A program made the position numbers and the translations under genes. Positions 54,945-64,000 of a DNA stretch of 64,000 nucleotides are shown piece by piece (within the stretch, counting starts at the first letter, position 1; every line of letters starts with the position of its first letter). The notes beneath the pieces were generated by a model. The model saw only the letters and a list, made by a program, of their open reading frames with translations. It did no database searches and had not been told where the DNA came from. Source of the DNA: the human T2T-CHM13v2.0 reference genome, Homo sapiens; assembly GCF_009914755.1 (NCBI RefSeq), contig NC_060934.1; one strand, 5' to 3'.

Positions 54945-55322
54945 TGTATTAGTTTGTTCTCACACTGCTATAAAGACATATCTGAGACTGGGTAATTTAT
55001 AAAGGAAAGAAGTTTAATTGACTCACAGTTCTGCATGGCTGGGGAGGCCTCAGGAAACTTACAATCATGGCATAAGGCAAGAGAGAAGCAAAGACATGTC
55101 ATACATGGTGGCAAGCAAGAGTGAACAAATGAGCGAAGCGGGACAAGCCCCTTATAAAACCATTGGATCTCATTAGAACTCACTCACTATCACAACAGCA
55201 AGGGGGAAACTGCCCCCATGACCCAATCACCTCCCACCAGGTCCCACCCTTGACACACGGGGATTATGGGAATTACAATTTGAGATGGTATTTTGGTGGG
55301 AACACATAGCCAAACCATATCA
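54945..55322 (-). mobile_element. THE1 (THE1C/D-like) MaLR solo LTR
   Basis: tgtattagtt...ggggaggcctcaggaaacttacaatcatggc...gccaaaccatatca; perfect 5-bp TSD gatag (54940-54944, 55323-55327). Confidence 0.93.
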
Positions 55323-57142
55323 GATAGGGAAGAGCAAGCACATAAGAGGCTGCAATGGGAGAGATTATAAAATTAAAGAAACAGAAAGGGCTACAGATGA
55401 GTGGAGCAGAGTGAGGCAGAAGATAGTGGAAAGAAATGAAGCTTTAGAACTAGGCAGGAGCTAGATCACATTAGGCTTATAGGTCACAGTAGGAAGTTCA
55501 GGTTTTATCCTATGTGCCAAGAGAGGATATTAAAGGGTCTGAAATCATATCAGAGTTATAAAAAACTGGTTAACCTCACTCACTAAATTACGAGTGTGTA
55601 ATTGTGGATTACACAAATAATTACAGGTATAATAATGTAATATGACAGTCATGACAAGAATGCTCCTGTTCCATAAGTTTGGTTTTAATTAACCAGGAAG
55701 AGCCGTCAAAGGTTTGATGCAAGTTCAGGATAACTTGCATCAGTAATTTTACTTCATCACTTTAAAGTTTAGCATCCACTTCAGCTTGACTTTCAGGGTA
55801 AATGACAAAATAAATCTGTGGCGCAAATTACCCCAACCTACCCCTTTGGGAGCAGAATGTTACTTGGAACACATTCTTATAATTAAGATCTAATTGTTAT
55901 TGATGTTCAGACAAATGTTCTTGCTGGCTTCATCTCTAAGAAACTAAAAAAACAGATTTTTCCCCTTTGCTTACTGATAAATAGCACTTAAATAAGTGCT
56001 CAAGGAGATATTACCCCGATTTTAGATCTTGACAGGAGTTTAAATTAAAGCAGAAAGGACCACAAATTCGATCTGAGTTGATGGTTTATCCCCCACCCAT
56101 TACAAGAAAATTTGAGATAGTTTCAAAAATTAAACACTGCAAAAAGCAATGCGATAAAGAGAATAAAAAAGAGTACAAATCTCTTCCTCTTTCAAAAGGG
56201 AATGACTTTACAATAGATGAACTTAGTAACTGAATTTTGCCATGAATTTTCTGGAAACCATGGCAAGAGAGTGGTGGTTTGCATAATGTTTATTATCTGA
56301 TTAAAAAAAACCCCATCAGAATCACTCTGCAGAAAAAAATTTTTTCTTTGAACTCCAGAGAAAGAGGAATTTATCCTGTACATGTTTATAAAAAGGACAT
56401 TGGGTATCTAGTGGACAATACCTTCAAGTAAAATTTTGCAAGAAAGAAGATAGAAATGCAGTTAAAATTAAATGTTTCTTGGGCCAGTGTCTGTAAAAGT
56501 TAACATGGTATAAATCCACAAAGGAATTTTTGTAGGAAGCCAAGGTATTATGGTCTAGATACTTTGACAGGGACTGTGTTTAGAGAACCTGGAAGAAAGA
56601 AGACATTTCTTAACATGTCCATTAGACACTTTCTCCCAAATTACAGCTGTTTTAAGCAAGTTTTTGATCAGTATTGAGTTGCAGTCAATTTGGAAAAGTA
56701 CAAACCTCAGGGAAGGCAGACATTCAGAACTATCAGTCAAAGTGTGCTCTAAATGGCCAGTGATGAGGGAGGCTGAGCTGTCCTGCTGGGGTGTGAGGTT
56801 AAGATGTAGATTTGTCTAGAGCATGTACCACTTCATCACAAGTTTGCTGGAGAAAGATGCCTTTTTCCATGGAAAAGAGCTTTGAATATTCTTGAGAACT
56901 CATACAAGTCCTTTGTTGTAAACCCAGATTTCCATCTCCGAAGTCATGAAGAAAGGAAGAATGTGGGCAGGTGTAAAAGGGAGCTTCTGATTGGGGAATA
57001 TCATTTCGTAGCGATGTTTGTTTGCCGATTTTAGGGATTCTCCCACAGTTATTTAAGTCAAGCCTATATAATACATCAATAGTTTTGCATTTTTATACTT
57101 TCTTATTCATTATGTTCTAATTTGGCTTTGTGTCTTTGCTAA

Positions 57143-57491
<349 letters not shown>

Positions 57492-58239
57492 AGAATTATT
57501 TACTATTAAAAATTAAGACTAAATATTAATCTATCCAGTTTACAACTTGATTGTGTGTGTGTGTATGTATACGGCTATGTAACGTATACATCTAGTCCTT
57601 CTAGCTGGATCATTCTTAAGGTAAATAAACATAACAACAATGCACTTACACAGGGCATTTATTATGTTGACTAGGGAGTCAGCTACGCCAAGCCACATGG
57701 CTCTCACAAGAGGACTTATTCCTGGATAAACTCAATCTGCTTGGGCGTAGGCATTTTCTGTGTGGAGTCCACTGGGCCCATTATTGGTCCCTACAAGTTC
57801 TTGAAGGCCGTAGTCCTTGAAGACTCTGGGAACCCAGAGAAGAACAGGCTTAGCACCATTCCTGTACAAAGTAGGTAATGGATGCATGTTTCCTGAATAA
57901 ATAAGCAAACAAGTGATGAGAAAACTTCACATATAGCTGTAACATAGGGCTGAACATGAAAGCCAGAAGATAAATATCAAGAGCTACTGGGTTTAAGGGG
58001 GGAAAAAGGAAAACTACATCCAGCTGGGTAAATCAGCAAAGGCCCTAGAGAAAGGGTGATATTTAGATAAGAACTGAAGAAGGAAAAGAATTTTAGACTA
58101 TGAAGATGAAAAGGAAAACAAATGTAGTGATTATTGTTTTTATCTGGGCAGCACCAATCCCAGGGCAACATTACTAACAGACTCTGCCATACTAGCCAAT
58201 GTGTGGCAGATGAGCCAGTTAGGCCAATCATCATCCCAC

Positions 58240-58557
<318 letters not shown>

Positions 58558-58599
58558 CTCTTTACTTTAGTCTCTGCAATAGAACACCTTGAGGTTAAG

Positions 58600-58915
58600 A
58601 GATGCTTTGTTCAAGCCAGGCCAGTCACATGGTCTCTCCTAAGGATTTGGAACTTGAACACAAAAGATGGAGAAGCTAAGAGGGGGTTGACTGGGACAAA
58701 GCCACCTTGAAGACAGCCTTTGGAAGAAGGTTCCCAGGCTCCTTTTGCTTAGATCTCTGAACTGCCTTGGGATGTAGAATTCAGGACAATTAATTGTCCT
58801 ACTCTCCCTTTGAGTCTGTGAGCCATCCTTCCAGTTAATGCCCTCCAACTCCTTTATTTTTCTTAAGTCAGTCCAAGGCAGTTTATTGCCTACAAAGAAT
58901 TCTTAACTCTGCAAC
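58600..58915 (+). mobile_element. Old MaLR LTR fragment (MLT1K/L-like)
   Basis: caagccaggccagtca...ctcctaaggatttggaac...ctgtgagcc...ttttcttaagtcagtcc..gtttattgcctacaaagaattcttaact. Confidence 0.5.
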
Positions 58916-59242
58916 TAACAGGGAGAGGCATGGAAGCAAGAAAATAGGAATTCAGAAAGACTGAGTATTTTAGCAGGAGTAAAATATAGGAAAATAATGG
59001 ATTGTAATGCTGGAGAAACAGAAAATGACCTTACTGTTGCGGGATTTAAAATCTAGGATGAGGTTCAGTTGACCTCATTATTCACAGATCCTGCATTCCC
59101 AAATTTATGTACTTACTAAAAGTTATTTCTCATCCCCAAATCATTACTCATGGTGCTTTCATGGTCATTCTCAGACACACATAGAATGGCAAAAAATTTG
59201 ATGCACACATTCCCACCTGAGGTCGAAGGTCAAACAAGTTGA

Positions 59243-59872
<630 letters not shown>

Positions 59873-59977
59873 CAAAAATTAACTTTTAAATATTATAATA
59901 TTTAAATGACAGAGGTTGTATATATTCAAGGTGTAAAAGTGATGATTTGTGTAATGATTATCATAATCAGATTAACA
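59873..59977 (-). mobile_element. Short L1MA-type 3' end fragment
   Basis: ttgtatatattcaaggtgtaaaagtgatgattt...gtaatgattatcataatcagattaaca resembles the reverse L1MA terminus and does not fit the Tigger sequence. Confidence 0.65.
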
Positions 59978-60449
59978 GGTCTTGTTTTAGCTCTCATAAC
60001 TATAAACAAGTGTCCTTTTTGTGGTATATTTAGTGACATGTATTTCACCTTTTTGTGCTTTTTGTTGATGATTTCACTGTTTAAAATGTCCCCAAAGTAT
60101 AGTGCTAAAGTGCTGTCTAGAGTTCCTAAGTGCAAGCAAGCTGTGATGTGCCTTAAAGGCAAAATACATGTTTTAGATAAGCTTCAAAAGGCAGGAGTTA
60201 TATGTTGCTGGCCATGTGTTCAATGTTAATCAACAACATGTATTAAATAAAGTGTCTTTAGGCATAGACACATACAACAGGTTATATATTAATTGGTTGA
60301 CAAAAATTTTATGAGCAGGGGCTTTCTGGAACCTAACCCTATTGTCCCTAGAAGCAATGGTTCAGTATTCACTAATTCAGTATTTACAGTGACATTATAG
60401 AACATAACTACTGTAACTAATGAAAATCAACTACACTTAGATTTAACTT

Positions 60450-60860
60450 TATAATCAAAGGGGAGTTACACAGAACTGATGTGTTCAAAACTGCAATGGG
60501 AGAATTATTTGTGTGGCAAATGTGCAGAGTCTATTTAAGCTGGGGGAGGCTAGAATCAAGGAGACCAATGGAGGCTGTCTGGGAAGTTTCTGTCAAGCAG
60601 GAAGGAAGGTAAGAACTTTCTTGAGAACTGTGGTACCAGAAAAGAAGACATGCAGGTGAGATATTGTGAAGATAGAAAATATAGGAAGTTTGTGGCTGTG
60701 GGATCAAGTTGAGGAACAAATCAAAAGGAACACTACAATTATGAGTCTGGGTGAGTGGGAGAAAGACTGACAAGGCAAAAAGCCATGTTAGGCAAGAAGT
60801 TGGTCATGGGAGGAAGATGATGGATTCAGTCCTAGATGTGTTGAGTTGGGAGGCCTGTTG
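60450..60860 (-). mobile_element. L2 remnant
   Basis: ggagaccaatggaggctg...ggaagatgatggattcagtcctagatgtgttgagttgggaggcctgt. Confidence 0.65.
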
Positions 60861-62018
60861 GTATGTCAATGAATAGTTAATACTCAACAAGCAATAGTTG
60901 TATTGTTGATAATAATTGTGAGGAGAAGGAAAGTGGTGGCAGAGGAAGAAGAGAGGGAGGAGAAGAATATTGCGGACACTTACCAGGAAAACTGGCGCTC
61001 AGCTGCCCCTTTCAAGGCCAATATCCAAAATGGCTGAGCTCTGGATGGCCCCAAAATGCCAGTCACTGCATCCCTTAGTGTGCAAATTGAAGGTGTGACA
61101 CAGTAAAACTGCTGGAGTTTTTAGCTCTCAGCAATCAACTTGCAATGCAAGCACAATATGGAGTCATGTTTCTTGAGCCCACCCATCAATGTTGGTGCTG
61201 ACCCAGGAGAGATTCCAGCATCAGCAACAGGCTGTGTCTAGAAGCAGCTCTTGTCAGGAGCCCCCAGAAAGAAATTCGCTCTCCATCCAGAGCCTCAGAC
61301 CTTGTTTTGGCGGCCTGAAGCTTATGTGCAAAGCTGAACCCGGAGACCAGAGGGCCTGCTGCTACACTGTTGCTCCCTTAGAGAGGAGCTTGGATGGTGC
61401 CTTCTGCTCTGAGGCTGTGTCTTTGTGGCCAAGCTTTCTTCTATCTCAGAAGCCTGGTGTGAGCAAGAAGAAAGTCCCTCCTCCTTCTCATCCCATGGAT
61501 TGCCTAACTCCCTGGCCCCAAATTTCTATCTTCCCAGTAAAATTGATCCCTGTTTCCTTCAAAGGAAAATTCTATCCCCACCTATTTGGATAGTTTTACC
61601 TCATGGACCCCTCAATTGGACAATCACACAACAGCCTAGGATTTCTGAAGGTTGAGATAATTTGGTATAATTCAGTCACCTGATTAAAGTTCTACAGATC
61701 TCTGCTGTGTGCTGTATGCCAATGGTCTGTAGGTTGGTTTGGATGCTGTGGTTAGTATATACTGCATACTTTCATTCCCTGGAAACCCTGGAGAGCAAGA
61801 TACCACCTTCATTCTTTCCAACTTCACCAGTGGCCATTGATCCTGCAGCTCTGTCCTGTGGCCCTAGAGGTGAGCTTGTGCAAGGAAAAATGCCATCATC
61901 AGTTGGCAGGATGGAGAATCAGTGTCAATGTCTCTGACGCATCTCCTCACTCACCTGGCCGAGGTGATAGGGGCAGCACCTCAGAGGGGTAAGTAGTGGA
62001 TGAAGAACCCAAGCTGGG

Positions 62019-62393
62019 TGTATTAGTCCATTATCATGCTGCTATGAAGAAAGACCCACGACTGGCTAATTTATAAAGGAAAGAGGTTTAACTGACTCAC
62101 AGTTTTGCATTGGTGGGGAGGCCTCAGGAAACTTACAATCATGGCAGAAGGCAAAGAAGAATCAGGCACCTTCACAGGGCATCAGGACAGAGTAAGTGCA
62201 AACAGGGGAAATGCCAGATGCTTATAAAACCATCAGATCTTGTAAGCACTCACTACCATGAGAACAGCATGTGGGAGGAAACCACCCTCATGATCCAATT
62301 ACCTCCACCTGGTTCCACCCTTGACATGTGGGGATTATAGGAATTACAATTTGAGGTGAGATTTGGGTGGGGACACAGAGCCAAACCATATCT
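62019..62393 (-). mobile_element. THE1 (THE1C-like) MaLR solo LTR
   Basis: tgtattagtccatt.tcatgctgctatgaagaaa...ggggaaatgccagatgcttataaaaccatcagatct...gagatttgggtggggacacagagccaaaccatatc. Confidence 0.93.
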
Positions 62394-63564
62394 CTAAGTC
62401 CCCAAGGTCACATTTAAACTTCTTCGCATCACAGTATTGAAAAAAAGAAAAAAGGCAGTTGCAGAAGAGTCTCTCAAAAGGAACATTTTCCTTTCATTAT
62501 TTGCTTTCTTTCTTCTGAAATGCCCTCTCTGACTTTCCAAAATAAAATAAAGTTAGGAGAGAAAAAATCATTCCCTCTCCACTTCTGATACATTGCAGCT
62601 GATGTTAGGGTTTTCCTAAGATTCACTGAGGTGAATTTCACTAGGTAGCATAAAAAGAGCTTTTCAGAAAAGGCACTAACAGATGTTACAATGAAAGCAG
62701 ACACCTTTGCAGCTGATTTATCAAAACCCTTGAAGAACCATTTCAAGGCAGGTAGCAAAGGCAATAATGTTGAACAAAGGGAGTACATCCAGAGGCAGAA
62801 CTGTATTGCATGTTCTAAAAAGAGAAAGAGAAATAGGAAGTCCATAGGAACCATTTTCCCCATTTTGTGCATGTCTCTTTACCAGTTTCTGAGCATGAAC
62901 CAATATAATTTTTCCAGAGCCCATTCAAAGCCAGAGGGGGATAAATAAAGGCACTTCTTTTCTCAGGTTCTCATTAAGATATGGTAGAATTCTCTTCTGA
63001 ATTTGAAGGTAATTACAGAAAGTTGCTTTTCTGTTCCTTTAAGGAGGAGCAGTCGAAAATAACCTCCTGTAAAGTCATGGTCTTTGACGGTTAACCAAAG
63101 GGAGCATCATCTTTGAATAAATGCATGCATCAATGGAGGCACAAACCACACGCATTATGCTTTATATTAAAACCTCTGCTGGATAAAAAGAAAGGGGGAC
63201 TTGCAGCCCAGGAGAAGAAAGGTGCCTGGATGGCTTCCAGTAGGACATCCCATCCTAAGGAAGGACTGGGCTGCAGCAGCCTGTTCAATCAATGCAGTGA
63301 GTCAGCACTGTGGAAAGAGAATCAAGTGAGAGCAGTGAGCCTTGAAAGGCAGCCTGCCTTGGAGCTGGAGAGGTTCCTGGAGGGGTGGGGCCACGTGATA
63401 ACTGAAGCTCATACTCCTTCCTCCCACCGTCCATCCCCATGGGAGAGATCTCAAGGGAAAAATGGAGTCTCTGAATGCTAGAACATTCCAGCTGGGTGGG
63501 ACACCCAGGGCTCATCTAGTCCAACCCACCAGTTACATGGTCCAGAAATGGAGGCTCTGAGACA

Positions 63565-63785
63565 GCAATAATAAAAGCTAACATGATGAGCTTTTTATGT
63601 TCCAGATACTGTTCTCACCACTCTATCTATAATAATGTGTAATTTAATAAAACAACAACTCTTATCTTTGCATCATACCTGACAGTTGGTGCTGTAATCA
63701 TATGGTCCTCATTTTACAGATGAGAAATTTGAGACCAAAGGAAGTTAAGTAACTGAACTAAGGACCTATAAACAGAAAAGTGACC
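63565..63785 (-). mobile_element. MIR SINE
   Basis: ataataaaagctaacat...tatgttccagatactgttct...ctcattttacagatgagaaatttgaga...gttaagtaact. Confidence 0.8.
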
Positions 63786-64000
63786 TTAGTGATGACCTTG
63801 AGGATCCTCACCTCAGTCCTCTGAGCTTTTGTCTTTTTATCTTCCAATGTCTTCCTTATTGGGTAGTTGCAAAATTTCAAATGTGCCTCTAGTAGCTCTG
63901 GGTACATGTTAGACACATAGTTGTTAAGTGGAGTTGAAGATGTTCATGAAGCAGGGAAGGGAAGGAGGAACATGCTCGATGCTGTACTTCTCTAGATAGT

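Noticed and set aside
57565-57591. 9-bp perfect stem atgtatacg / cgtatacat
   Set aside because: Adjoins a (TG)n/(TA)-type low-complexity run where self-complementarity is expected.

Overview
Primate genomic DNA, most likely human (or another catarrhine). It is AT-rich and CpG-depleted, with no CpG island, and is dominated by interspersed repeats: about 13 Alu/FLAM copies (AluJ, AluS, AluY), old L1M and L1PA/PB remnants, L2 and MIR relics, MaLR/ERVL/ERV1 solo LTRs, and hAT/Tigger DNA-transposon fossils. No ORF in the track looks like a real protein-coding gene. The longer ones are Alu, L1 or LTR read-throughs or chance ORFs. The window reads as intergenic or deep-intronic, possibly crossed by non-coding transcripts, and I cannot name the locus. 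I found no evidence of a novel multi-gene system. The best oddities are: (1) three perfect inverted repeats made of transcription-factor-like half-sites in unique DNA at about 55.6-56.0 kb; (2) a minus-strand THE1 LTR with a perfect splice donor 64 bp past its 3' end; (3) a four-level nested insertion (Tigger > L1 > AluY > AluY); (4) a 119-bp, 95%-identical local copy of an ancient MER5 fragment; (5) a perfect 66-bp tandem duplication; (6) a few candidate small exons. Repeat family names come from my recall of consensus sequences, not a database search. Boundaries of old repeats are approximate.
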